64,000 bases of DNA from Gemmatimonadales bacterium (GCA_965249575.1 OZ252244.1:2112001-2176000); one strand, 5' to 3'; counted from the stretch's first letter, positions 1 through 9,668 are shown. Notes: generated by a model from the sequence alone, not told the origin. Made by a program: numbers and translations.

Positions 1-333
1 CCGTACTTCGTGAGCGGGGATTCGCGGCGCGCGGCCTATGTGTGGCGATGGTCGAGCACGTCCCAGACCATCCAGGAAGGCGCCGCAAGGGGACTGCTCA
101 GATTTGCGCCGCGTAGCGACGCAGAGGTCGACCACGCGGCCCGCTACGAACACGGTCGATGGCAGGTCCAGTTCTCTCGGGCGCTCACACCGAGCGACAC
201 CACGGTGGCACTGGGGTTCACCGCCGGTGACCGAATTCCCATCTCGTTCTTCGTGGCGGACGGGTCGAACGGTGAGGTGGGCGCGCGCGGCGCCGTGAGT
301 GGATGGCGTAATCTCCTGCTCGAAGCACCGTAA
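1..333 (+). CDS. Ethylbenzene-dehydrogenase-gamma-like (EB_dh/DOMON-type heme b) domain protein, 5'-partial
   Basis: Frame is open from base 1 (PYFVSGD..VWRW..GRWQVQFSRAL..PISFFVADGSNGEVGARGAVSGW). It parallels the C-terminal domain of 5832-7529 (PHFVYG..LWRW..GQWAVVVRRTL..PIAFHVRDGGNGE). Confidence 0.75.
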   Translation, partial: PYFVSGDSRRAAYVWRWSSTSQTIQEGAARGLLRFAPRSDAEVDHAARYEHGRWQVQFSRALTPSDTTVALGFTAGDRIPISFFVADGSNGEVGARGAVSGWRNLLLEAP

Positions 334-468
334 CGCGGGGGCCGCAGCGTCGCCAACTCGGCCCGTACGGCCGTCGCGGTCGGCACGAGTCACCACGGCG
401 GCCCGGCACCGAACCCAGTACGGCTTTCACTTCCGAACGCCGCGGCCGATCCAGTGGAGGAATGGACC

Positions 469-1173
469 ATGAGGCCTTGCCCGGTTTCTCGAGTTTGCCT
501 GAGCGCCGGTCTCTTGCTGTTGCCGTTGACGACCTTGGCTCAATCGGGAACGATAAGTGGTTCGGTGCGTGTCGAAGGCCCCGTACCGGAACCCCGCCTT
601 CTTCAAGTGACTAAGAACCACGATGTCTGTGGTGATACGCTTCGAGCCCGAGACGTCATGGTCGACGCTGGAAAGGTCGCCTCGGCGGTCGTGTTCATCG
701 AGGGCCTAGATGGCGATGTAGCCCCAGCGGAGTATCGGTTGTCCAACTCGGGCTGCATGTTCGACCCCCCGGTGCTCGCGGCCACGACGAGCGGCACACT
801 CATCGTCGATAATCACGACGACGTGTTGCACAACACCCACCTCCACTACCGAGTTGGGAAACGCTCGCGGACGATCGGTAACTGGGGGCTGGCCGGCACC
901 GAGGCGAAGATCGAGGTGGATCGCCCCTTGCGCCGCGCGGGGGTCATCGACGTCTCGTGCGATGCACACCCATGGATGTCGGCGCTCATAATGGTCTTCG
1001 ACCATCCGTATTTCTCGGTGACTGGTACCACAGGCGCTTTTGAGATCCGCGGTGTACCGGCTGGGACGCACTTGCTGAAGATCTCACACGCCGTGCTGGG
1101 TGAAGTCGAGCAGTCGGTTACCGTTACGGCTGAGACAACGACGCCAGTGACCATCGTCTACAACGCGCAATGA
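469..1173 (+). CDS. Secreted cupredoxin-like / carboxypeptidase-regulatory-like domain protein
   Basis: GGAGGA RBS before ATG 469; signal peptide; HNTH..CDAHPWM candidate copper ligands; DHPYF..VPAG beta-sandwich tail. Confidence 0.7.
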   Translation: MRPCPVSRVCLSAGLLLLPLTTLAQSGTISGSVRVEGPVPEPRLLQVTKNHDVCGDTLRARDVMVDAGKVASAVVFIEGLDGDVAPAEYRLSNSGCMFDPPVLAATTSGTLIVDNHDDVLHNTHLHYRVGKRSRTIGNWGLAGTEAKIEVDRPLRRAGVIDVSCDAHPWMSALIMVFDHPYFSVTGTTGAFEIRGVPAGTHLLKISHAVLGEVEQSVTVTAETTTPVTIVYNAQ

Positions 1174-1997
1174 GTGGCGGCTGTGAGCGCTGGTTGGGAG
1201 TGACAATGCGAAGCCCTATGCGATGGATTCATGCGTCCGGCCTGCTCCTACTGGTGGCGTGCGGCGGTGATGACACGCCGGGTTCGGGGGCCGCGGCGGG
1301 ATCGGGAAAGGGACCGGAGGTGGAGCCGACGTCCAGCGATGGGGCGGGATACGAGACCGTGGTCGTGGTCAACGGAGGCACGCTTAGAGGGATGGTCCGC
1401 TCCGGTGGTCCGCCCCCGACTGCCCGCACCGTTGCCATCACGGAGGATAACGAAGTTTGCGGTAATGAACGCCGGATACAGACCGTCGACATTGGGGCCA
1501 CCGGTGGCCTGGCGAACGCCGTGGTGTCGATTGTGGATATCACGCGTGGGATCGCTATGGAGGACCCCACCCCACCGCCGGAGCTCGAACAGCGCGATTG
1601 CGGGTTTCATCCGCAAGTGCTCCTCGTCCCGGTAGATGTTCCGGTGCACATACTCAATAGCGACCCGATTACCCATAACGTTCACACGGTCGCGTTTGAC
1701 AATCGGCCGGTCAACCGATCGCAACCAAGGGAGGTGCCCAAGATCGAGGTATCGTTCGCGGTTGCTGAAAAGGTCAAGGTGAAGTGCGACATCCACGACT
1801 GGATGACCGCCTGGATCGTGGTTGTCGACCACCCTTACCACGCCGTCACGAGCGCTGACGGAGCCTTCGTAATCGAGAACTTGCCGCCCGGCACCTACAC
1901 CGTTGAAGCGTGGCACGAGGCGTTTGGCGCGGTCTCGCAAACGGTGACCATCGAAGCGGGTGAAGTGAGAGATCTCGCTGTCGAGATCCCGTCGTGA
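1170..1997 (+). CDS. Lipoprotein paralog of the upstream cupredoxin-like protein
   Basis: ATGA overlap; lipobox LLVAC; HNVH..CDIHDWM..DHPYH..LPPGTY. The start may be a later ATG. Confidence 0.7.
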   Translation: MSGGCERWLGVTMRSPMRWIHASGLLLLVACGGDDTPGSGAAAGSGKGPEVEPTSSDGAGYETVVVVNGGTLRGMVRSGGPPPTARTVAITEDNEVCGNERRIQTVDIGATGGLANAVVSIVDITRGIAMEDPTPPPELEQRDCGFHPQVLLVPVDVPVHILNSDPITHNVHTVAFDNRPVNRSQPREVPKIEVSFAVAEKVKVKCDIHDWMTAWIVVVDHPYHAVTSADGAFVIENLPPGTYTVEAWHEAFGAVSQTVTIEAGEVRDLAVEIPS

Positions 1998-2045
1998 TGG
2001 CCGCCGGATGGGGCCCCGCGTGCCCCCGTCCGGGGGACTCGGTTC

Positions 2046-4031
2046 GTGCGCCCGGCCGCTAGAGCCATTGTGCCGCTGGCTCTTGCCGTCGGCACGCTGG
2101 TGCCTGAAGCGCTCCTAGCACTTCAAGCCGACCCGCTCACAGCGGTCGATGAGGTTCGTACCTTCTTTGGGCTGAGCCCCCGTGGCGTGGTTTGGTTCGT
2201 GGCCCAGTTACACCTCCTGTTCGCCGCGTTCGTGCTCGGGGTTCCGATCTTTGCCGTCATCGTCGAGTACATCGGCTGGCGCAATGGCGATATCCGCTAT
2301 GATCGCCTGGCGCGGGAGTTCACCAGACTACTGGCCGCCGCGTTCGCCACGACCGCCGCTCTCGGCGGCCTGCTCGCCTTCACGTTGTTCGGGCTATATC
2401 CCAAGTTCTCGAACTACTTCATCCGCATCTTTGCACCGTCGATGTACGTGTACGCGGGCTTCTTCTTTGTCGAAACCGCGTTGCTGTATCTGTATTACAA
2501 CTCATGGGAACGCCTCGCCCAGCGCAAATTCGCTCATATTCTGCTCGGAGTGGCCCTCAACCTCGTCGGCACCGCGCTCGTGTTCGTCAGCAATGCATGG
2601 GCGTCCTACATGATGAGCCCAGTTGGCGTCGACGATACCGGCACGTTCATCGGAACCACCATGGAGGCGGTCGCTAACCCCCTCTGGATGCCTCTGAACA
2701 TGCACCGCGTGCTCGGGAACGTGGCATTTGGTGGCTTCGTCGTCGGCGCCTATGCCGCCGTGAAATTTCTCGCCGCCTCCAGGCCGGATGAACGTGCGCA
2801 CTACGACTGGATGGGGTACGTAGGCAACTTCGTCGGACTCGCAGCCCTGATCCCTTTGCCGTTCGCTGGATACTACCTGGGCCGCGAGGTCTATAGCGCG
2901 AGCCCTGTCATGGGCAATAACATGATGGGGGGAGCTTTTTCATGGACCTTCATCATGCAGGCCATGTTGGTTGGCCTTCTCTTCATCGTTGGGAACTACT
3001 ACCTCTGGTCGGGTATGGAGAGGATTCCCGGCGCGGACCGATACCAGCGTTTCGTCAAGTACTTCAACGTGATCCTGATTGTTTGCGTCGCGGTGTGGCT
3101 TACACCCCGAAATCTTCCAATGACGGCCGAGGAGGAGCTTGCCATCGGTGGTCAGATCCACCCGATACTTGGATATCTCGGGCTCATGTCCGCGAAGAAC
3201 GCGGTCATCAATTTCATCATACTCACCACGTTCGCTAGCTTCCTCCTCTACCGCCGGGCCAACAAGACCGATCTGGTGCCGATTTCCGAGCAAGGGAAGC
3301 TACCGAAAGTTCGCCTCATCGCCGCTGGGATAATCTGCGTCTCGATACTGGCTTGGTATGCGTCCGTGTTATTCACGCTGACGCCAGAGTCCATGGGACT
3401 CGAGGATTCGAAGGCCGTTTACTTTGGACTCCCCGCCTGGCTTCTCGTCATCACGATGGTTGCGGTTGTCGCCTGCGTTATCCTCACACTCCGCAACCGG
3501 GGGCACCTGGCCCAAGGTATGTACTTTGCGCTCGTCACGATCGAGTCGGTCGGTGTATTGGGCGTGTATGGGTTCATCGTGATGACCGAAGCAAACCCGT
3601 TCTTGCGACAGGTGGCCGTGGCACAGTGGCTGATCCTGATGACGGGATTGATCCTCATCACGGCGATCGATGTCGCGCTGTTCCGGGGAGCGCGGAGCAT
3701 CGGGGCCATCCGGTGGGGTGAGGTCACCGCGAAGTCGCAGTATGCGCTGATCACCCTTTGTGTCACGATCGTGCTGACGATGGGACTGATGGGGTTCGTT
3801 CGGTCCGGCCTTCGCGAAAACTGGCACATCTACGGCGTGATGGAAGACACCTCTAGGTGGGCGTTCACTCCGAGTAACGCGATCATGGCACGCATGGTGG
3901 GGGGTATCAGCATCGTCTTCCTTGGTGCGGTGACGTTTCTTTTTTGGCTCGCGGGACTCTCAGCTAAAGACGACCTGGCGTCACAGCCCGCCCCTGGGCG
4001 GTTGGTGACCGAAGCTCCTGGGTCCGATTGA
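2046..4031 (+). CDS. Cytochrome bd-like oxidase subunit I (CydA-like, Nitrospira/anammox type)
   Basis: 661-aa polytopic protein; QLHLLF, FFVET, AHILLG, NAWASYMMSP, NPLWMPLNMHR, MGFVRSGLRENWHIYG; no Q-loop and no cydB nearby. Confidence 0.8.
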   Translation: MRPAARAIVPLALAVGTLVPEALLALQADPLTAVDEVRTFFGLSPRGVVWFVAQLHLLFAAFVLGVPIFAVIVEYIGWRNGDIRYDRLAREFTRLLAAAFATTAALGGLLAFTLFGLYPKFSNYFIRIFAPSMYVYAGFFFVETALLYLYYNSWERLAQRKFAHILLGVALNLVGTALVFVSNAWASYMMSPVGVDDTGTFIGTTMEAVANPLWMPLNMHRVLGNVAFGGFVVGAYAAVKFLAASRPDERAHYDWMGYVGNFVGLAALIPLPFAGYYLGREVYSASPVMGNNMMGGAFSWTFIMQAMLVGLLFIVGNYYLWSGMERIPGADRYQRFVKYFNVILIVCVAVWLTPRNLPMTAEEELAIGGQIHPILGYLGLMSAKNAVINFIILTTFASFLLYRRANKTDLVPISEQGKLPKVRLIAAGIICVSILAWYASVLFTLTPESMGLEDSKAVYFGLPAWLLVITMVAVVACVILTLRNRGHLAQGMYFALVTIESVGVLGVYGFIVMTEANPFLRQVAVAQWLILMTGLILITAIDVALFRGARSIGAIRWGEVTAKSQYALITLCVTIVLTMGLMGFVRSGLRENWHIYGVMEDTSRWAFTPSNAIMARMVGGISIVFLGAVTFLFWLAGLSAKDDLASQPAPGRLVTEAPGSD

Positions 4032-5011
4032 TGGGGCGAACTTGGATCAAGGCACCGCTGTTCACTGTCACGCTCGTCCTCCTGTTCGTCTGGTCCGGCG
4101 AGGTGATCACGAACGTGTCTGGCGGGGCGGAAGCCGCGGTAACCGGCGAAGGGGTCGGTGTCGACATCGGGGAGCAGGTCTTCTGGGGTCCAGGAAAATG
4201 CCATACATGCCACGCGATCGGTACGCGTGGGCGGTCGGTAAGGGGACCGAACCTCGGAGAGTCGGAGCACGGACCACCGATCGGGGCTCGCGCCGTTGAG
4301 CGTGGAAGGGAACGCGGGGCGGAGTTGGGGGTCGCCGTGGGAAGCACCGAGTACCTGATCGAGTCCCTTGCCGACCCGAGTGCCTACGTCGTCAAAGGGT
4401 TCAAGGCTGAGATGCCGAAGGCCTATGAGCCGCCGATCAGTCTGAATCTCGATGAGGTCACCTCAGTCATTCTCTATCTGCAATCGGTCGGTGGTGTCCC
4501 CGACCCGTCGTCGATCGTTCTGCCTCTCGAAATGCGAGAGGGCGCGCGAGCGATGGGTACCGTAACCCCTTGGGAGCCATACATGGAGGGAGATTCCCTG
4601 CGGGGGGCCGAGATCTTTTTTGACGTCGACGGACCCACGCCCTGTGCCAAGTGCCATCGGGTAGGCGACCGAGGTGGCGAAGTTGGCCCGGAGCTCACAG
4701 GGATCGCCGGAACGCGGACCGCACGATTCATCCTTGAGTCCGTGGTCGATCCGAGCAGAGAGATCGCCAGCGGCTACGAAACGGTCTTGATCGAAACCGC
4801 CGCCGGCCGACTGATGGATGGGGTCGTTCGGCGCGAGACGGACGACTCCCTCTTCCTCGCCACGTCAGACGGTGACGAACTCTCCATAGCGCTTTCGAAG
4901 ATCACGCGGCGCCGGGAGCAGGAACTGTCGCTCATGCCTGGCGACTTCACCGAGTTACTCACGGTGAAACAGTTGCACGATTTGCTGGCGTTTCTTCGCA
5001 CGCTACGGTAG
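4031..5011 (+). CDS. Membrane-anchored diheme cytochrome c
   Basis: TGATG overlap; N-terminal TM; CHTCH and CAKCH; second domain GPELTGIAG..ESVVDPSREIASGY..SLMP resembles the PVC-type heme-binding domain. Confidence 0.85.
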   Translation: MGRTWIKAPLFTVTLVLLFVWSGEVITNVSGGAEAAVTGEGVGVDIGEQVFWGPGKCHTCHAIGTRGRSVRGPNLGESEHGPPIGARAVERGRERGAELGVAVGSTEYLIESLADPSAYVVKGFKAEMPKAYEPPISLNLDEVTSVILYLQSVGGVPDPSSIVLPLEMREGARAMGTVTPWEPYMEGDSLRGAEIFFDVDGPTPCAKCHRVGDRGGEVGPELTGIAGTRTARFILESVVDPSREIASGYETVLIETAAGRLMDGVVRRETDDSLFLATSDGDELSIALSKITRRREQELSLMPGDFTELLTVKQLHDLLAFLRTLR

Positions 5012-5049
5012 GCAAGAGGCCCGAGGCCGCCCTTGCGAGGAGGGTCGTT

Positions 5050-5835
5050 GTGACGAGTCGGAGTGGGAACGATTCCCGCGTGTTCATGCGGACGCTCGTC
5101 GTTCTCGCGGCGGTTTACGCCAGCCTGCGGTACGCACTCCCGTGGCTGCCGGTGTGGATCCGAGTGGCGGAGGCTCCCGCACCGGTGCCCGGGTTCGCTA
5201 TCGGGATGTACATGGCGTGCGCAATCTCCGGCGTTCTCGTCTACCTCAGTAGCGCCGAGCGGCGCTGGCGGGAGTTTCTCGCACCGATTGTGCGGACGCT
5301 CGTCGATCCGCTGGGGGGTGCCGGAAGGTTACGGCTCCTTGGGTTGAGTCTTTTGCCCGTACTTGCCGGCACCGTGGTGTGGCGGCAGGTGATGCCTCGT
5401 TCCCAGACCCCCACGGCTCTTCGGGTACAGCATCCGGGCCTCCCGGGAGCCTATGCGGCGTTGAAGAACACAGTCTACGAGCTTCCATCGGAGGCGCAGT
5501 CGGCTGCGCAACGTGAGGGCGTGGTACTGTATCAAAAGAACTGCCGGCCTTGCCACGGCGCCAAAGCCGATGGGACCGGGCCCCTGGCTCGTGGCCTTCG
5601 TCTCCGGCCCGTCGACTTCACCGATCCCGGCACCATCGCCACCGTAGTCGAGTCGTACCCGTACTGGCGCATTGAGAAAGGAGGCCCAGGGCTTCCCGGA
5701 ATGGCCACGCCGTGGCACTCGGCGATGCCGGCATGGAAGGGTGAGCTCGAAGTAGATGACATATGGCGCATCATCGTGGCCGAATACCGCATCGCCGGAA
5801 CGGAGCCACGAAAACCCGAGGGTGCGGAGCAGTGA
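5050..5835 (+). CDS. Membrane-bound monoheme cytochrome c
   Basis: About three N-terminal hydrophobic helices; CRPCH; distal Met in SAMPAW. Confidence 0.85.
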   Translation: MTSRSGNDSRVFMRTLVVLAAVYASLRYALPWLPVWIRVAEAPAPVPGFAIGMYMACAISGVLVYLSSAERRWREFLAPIVRTLVDPLGGAGRLRLLGLSLLPVLAGTVVWRQVMPRSQTPTALRVQHPGLPGAYAALKNTVYELPSEAQSAAQREGVVLYQKNCRPCHGAKADGTGPLARGLRLRPVDFTDPGTIATVVESYPYWRIEKGGPGLPGMATPWHSAMPAWKGELEVDDIWRIIVAEYRIAGTEPRKPEGAEQ

Positions 5836-7529
5836 CCAGCAACGCGCGGGGCGTGCTCGTCTCGTTCGCTCTCCTTGCGTGCGGGCGAGCGGGTCTCCCC
5901 ACGGCAGCCGAGGGCCAGTGGCTCGACCTATCCGTGCCCGCCCGGCCTGATACGGGCTTCGCAGGCGCAGAGGCCGGACGAAGGGTGTACGATGATCGCT
6001 GCTGGTTCTGCCACGGCGAGGACGGGGACGGTGAGGGTCCGGTGGCACCGTACCTGTGGCCGCGTCCCCGCGACTTAACGGCCGCGAGCTACATGTTCAG
6101 AACGACGGAAAGTGGAGAGCTACCAACTGACGAAGACCTGTTCAGGACCATTTCAGTGGGCCTGCTGGGTACGGCGATGCCTTCGTGGCAATCGGTCCTG
6201 ACCGCTGATGAGCGCTGGCAAGTCGTCGAGTACATCAAGACGTTTGCGGCGGATCTCTTCGAAGACGAAGCGTTCGATCCGTATTCCTATATCGTCGAGC
6301 CGGGCGAGCCACCCGGTCGAAGCCGAGACGCGTTGCTGGCGGGGCAGCGCTTGTACGACGAGGCGGATTGCTGGGAGTGCCACGGCAATGCCGCGCGGGG
6401 CGAGGGCGGTGGCGGCGCCGACCTCCGCGATGACCGCGACTTCCCAATTGTAGCTGCGAATCTGCACGCCGGTTGGAGGTTCAAGGGCGGAAGCTCGCCG
6501 GAAGAGATCTACCTTCGCCTCACGACCGGACTGGACGGCACCCCGATGCCGTCGTACGCGGAGACACTCACGGATACCGAGCGCTGGCTGCTTGCGTACT
6601 ACGTGTCGTCCTTGGACCGTGGGGAATCGGCCACCGGAGGTGGTCGTGTCGTCATAGAGGCCCGTCGGGTCGAAGGAGAAGTCCCCGTCGTTCCAGACGA
6701 TCCCGCGTGGGACGGGGTGGAAGACCTGCACATTCCGCTCACCGGACAGGCGACATTCCCTCCGCGCTGGCAGACCCCGGCCATTACCGACCTGGTCGTG
6801 CGCGCCGTCTACAGCGCGACCGAGATCGCGTTCAGGCTGATCTGGGACGATCGGACCGCAGACACGGTACCCGGAGATGCGGCGCGGGCGGTCCTGGAGG
6901 GTTGGACAGCCGACGACACGTACCCTGCTCTCTACCCGGACGGTGAGAGGATCAGGGGATACTATGCTGACAATATCGAGCTCATGTTCCCGGTTCGGCG
7001 CTCCGGGACCATCGCTCTGCCGCACTTCGTGTATGGAGGTGCCGGAGCACCGGTTGCCTTGTGGCGATGGCGTGCGGGTCTCCAGGACGACGGGTCCAAT
7101 GATTCCCCGGTCGTCGAGCTTATGGCGAGCGGACCGGACAAACCACCGGTGCGGGATACGGCGGAGAGTCAGCACGCGACCGGTGGGGGTACTTGGAGGG
7201 ACGGCCAGTGGGCCGTCGTGGTGCGGCGCACCCTCCTGACAGCGGACCACGATAACGACGTGCAGATCGACCCGGGTGAGCTCGTCCCGATCGCCTTTCA
7301 CGTGCGCGACGGAGGTAACGGGGAGACTGGCCTCAGGATGGCGATCTCGCCTTGGTATTTCCTGAGGTTGCGAGAGCCGACCCCCATCGTCAACTACGCG
7401 ATCGTGGTGATCGCCGTCCTCGGCGTCGTTGGTCTGGAAATCGCGCTGACGCGTTGGATGAAACGCCGCGCGGAGCGAGGGGAACTCAGGTCGTACGGGG
7501 TTGGGGAAGGGGAAGTCGCCGGCGTCTAG
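5832..7529 (+). CDS. Diheme cytochrome c fused to an EB_dh heme-b domain with C-terminal TM anchor (alternative-NxrC-like architecture)
   Basis: GTGA overlap; CWFCH..GTAMPSW and CWECH..GTPMPSY; C-terminal DOMON-like domain; hydrophobic tail. Confidence 0.8.
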   Translation: MTSNARGVLVSFALLACGRAGLPTAAEGQWLDLSVPARPDTGFAGAEAGRRVYDDRCWFCHGEDGDGEGPVAPYLWPRPRDLTAASYMFRTTESGELPTDEDLFRTISVGLLGTAMPSWQSVLTADERWQVVEYIKTFAADLFEDEAFDPYSYIVEPGEPPGRSRDALLAGQRLYDEADCWECHGNAARGEGGGGADLRDDRDFPIVAANLHAGWRFKGGSSPEEIYLRLTTGLDGTPMPSYAETLTDTERWLLAYYVSSLDRGESATGGGRVVIEARRVEGEVPVVPDDPAWDGVEDLHIPLTGQATFPPRWQTPAITDLVVRAVYSATEIAFRLIWDDRTADTVPGDAARAVLEGWTADDTYPALYPDGERIRGYYADNIELMFPVRRSGTIALPHFVYGGAGAPVALWRWRAGLQDDGSNDSPVVELMASGPDKPPVRDTAESQHATGGGTWRDGQWAVVVRRTLLTADHDNDVQIDPGELVPIAFHVRDGGNGETGLRMAISPWYFLRLREPTPIVNYAIVVIAVLGVVGLEIALTRWMKRRAERGELRSYGVGEGEVAGV

Positions 7530-7857
7530 TCCCGCGCCACGGAGCGACAGAGGACGTGCAGGTTGGGAGGTACCGGACGTTTGTCGTACAACCGGGGCCC
7601 GGTCGAAAGTCCTATTCGCGCTAATACCGATGCTCCGTGACGCCGCATGCGCTCCCTGTTTGACGCAGTCGGGGATCTCCCGCCCCCCCCCGGTAGGCCG
7701 CCCCAGCCAGGGCGAGGCCTGCAGACCCCCGACGTGCCGGTCGATTTCAGCTAGTCGCTGCGGATGCCCGAGGGTGCATTGGGGCATCGTTTGAGGTTTC
7801 CTTTAGATCAGGCGCGAGTTGAGTACCTTTCCCTCGTCGTCACGGGAAAGACGCGGT

Positions 7858-8721
7858 ATGCGCTCGATCCTCATCGCAGGCTGTGGGTACGTCGGGACCG
7901 AACTGGGTCGGCGCTTGGCGCTGGCAGGGTTTCGAGTGTGGGGGCTCCGGCGGTCTCCGACCTCTTTCCCCGCCGGTGTACAGCCGCTGCTGGCCGACCT
8001 GGTCGAGCCGGAATCGATCCGGGCGCTCCCGTCCGTAGACACGGTGTTCTACACAGTCTCCGCCGGAGGTCGGGGCGAGGTGGGTTACCGCTCTGCGTAC
8101 GTTGATGGTGCTCGAAACGTCCTCGCCGCCCTGTCAAAACAACGACACCGAGTGACCCGCTTCTTTTTCGTGTCGAGCACGGCCGTGTATGCGCAGGAGG
8201 GGGGCGAGTGGGTGAACGAGGAGTCTCCGACGGACGCTGCGTCTCCGAACGCCCAGTTCCTGTTGGAGGGTGAGCGCCTATCTCTACAAGGTCCCTTTCC
8301 GGCGACGGTGGTCCGGTTTGCCGGAATCTACGGACCCGGAAGGTCGCGCCTCCTGGAGCGGATCAGGCGAGGGGAGGCAGTGTGCGTCGACGGTGCACCA
8401 GTGTACGCGAATCGGATCCATCGCGATGACTGCGCCGGCATCCTGCAACATCTTCTATATGTAAAGGAGCCGGATGCGGTTTACCTCGGCGTCGACTACG
8501 AGCCGGCCGACGCCTGTTGTGCGATGAACTGGCTGGCTGCTCGGATGGGTGTTGCGCCCCCTCCCGTCGTACCGCTGGCGGAGCCGGGCGACCGAAAGCG
8601 TCGCAGCACCAAGCGGTGTTCCAATGAGCGCATCGCGGCGACGGGCTATACCTTCGAGTATCCGACGTTCCGCGAGGGGTATGGGAGTCTGGTTTCCCAA
8701 CTTCCGCGCCTGGAGAACTGA
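7858..8721 (+). CDS. NAD-dependent epimerase/dehydratase (YeeZ-like atypical SDR)
   Basis: ILIAGCGYVG Rossmann motif; VSSTAVY; GIYGPGR; NRIHRDD. Confidence 0.85.
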   Translation: MRSILIAGCGYVGTELGRRLALAGFRVWGLRRSPTSFPAGVQPLLADLVEPESIRALPSVDTVFYTVSAGGRGEVGYRSAYVDGARNVLAALSKQRHRVTRFFFVSSTAVYAQEGGEWVNEESPTDAASPNAQFLLEGERLSLQGPFPATVVRFAGIYGPGRSRLLERIRRGEAVCVDGAPVYANRIHRDDCAGILQHLLYVKEPDAVYLGVDYEPADACCAMNWLAARMGVAPPPVVPLAEPGDRKRRSTKRCSNERIAATGYTFEYPTFREGYGSLVSQLPRLEN

Positions 8722-8738
8722 ACGGCGTTCGTTCCCCT

Positions 8739-9668
8739 CTACGCCGCGTGCTCCTCCTTCTTCCTCCAGTATCGCGCCAGCCCGTACCATGACAGCTCCG
8801 GGGTGCCGCCTTTCTCGTACCGGCGGGCCTCTTCTTCGGAAAGCGACCGCCGGAGATCTGCCGCAACGTCCCGGGCGAAAGCGGCCGCCGCCGTCGCGTC
8901 GCTGGCACCAGCCTCGAGCGCGTCGTGCACGGAGGCGCTCCATGTGGCGAGCAGCTCCCGAAGCTGGGAGATATGCTCGCCCACACCGTCAACCGGGCCG
9001 AAATGGGTAAGTAGCAACCGCTGGGGATCCCAGGAGGATATTGCGTCGAGGCTCTCGTTCCACCCCTCGAGATGGATGTCGGGGGGCGGCGTCGGGGCCA
9101 TTACGTATCCGCAGCCGGGAAGGCGTATACCGGCGGTGTCGCCGACGAACGCACAGCCGGCTCCGCGCTCGAGATAGCCGACGTGGTGAGACGCGTGTCC
9201 GGGCGTGTACGCAACCTCCAGGTCGTGGCCGGCTACCCGTAGTGCCTCGTCTCCTGAGAGTACCCGCACGTTGGCCTCTGGCACCGGTAGGAATTCACCC
9301 CACAACCGATCCATCTGATCCCCGTAAAGGCGGACCGCGCTCCGTAACAGTCGTTCTGGGTCAATCATGTGCCGGGCGCCCTGCTCGTGCACGTAGACCT
9401 GAATCTTGGGGTTCCTCCGGACGAGGGTACCGGTGGCGCCAGCGTGATCCAAGTGAATGTGCGTGAGAAGTAGTGCCGTCAGGTCGTCGACCGACGCTCC
9501 CAGCTGAGCCAACCTTGCCTCGAGCGTCGGGAGATCGGACGTGGGGCCAGGGTCAACGAGCGCAGCTTCGTTGTCGCCTTGGATGAAATAGGATCCGATG
9601 ACGTGAGTCGTGCCGAGGTGTTCGAGGTCAATGAGCGTCGTGCCTTCGGTTATCCGTTCCAAAGTCAC
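8739..9668 (-). CDS. MBL-fold metallo-hydrolase
   Basis: THIHLDHAG, TPGHASHH, GDTAG, THFG motifs; start approximate. Confidence 0.9.
   Translation of the reverse strand: MTLERITEGTTLIDLEHLGTTHVIGSYFIQGDNEAALVDPGPTSDLPTLEARLAQLGASVDDLTALLLTHIHLDHAGATGTLVRRNPKIQVYVHEQGARHMIDPERLLRSAVRLYGDQMDRLWGEFLPVPEANVRVLSGDEALRVAGHDLEVAYTPGHASHHVGYLERGAGCAFVGDTAGIRLPGCGYVMAPTPPPDIHLEGWNESLDAISSWDPQRLLLTHFGPVDGVGEHISQLRELLATWSASVHDALEAGASDATAAAAFARDVAADLRRSLSEEEARRYEKGGTPELSWYGLARYWRKKEEHAA

Noticed and set aside
1..7529. Evidence that the organism oxidises nitrite
   Set aside because: No NxrA/NxrB molybdoenzyme genes in the window; the accessory module alone is not diagnostic.
6153..7787. 544-aa minus-strand ORF (similarly 16445-17563, 50662-51819, 56450-57703)
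   Set aside because: Antisense shadows of well-supported genes in GC-rich DNA; no motifs.
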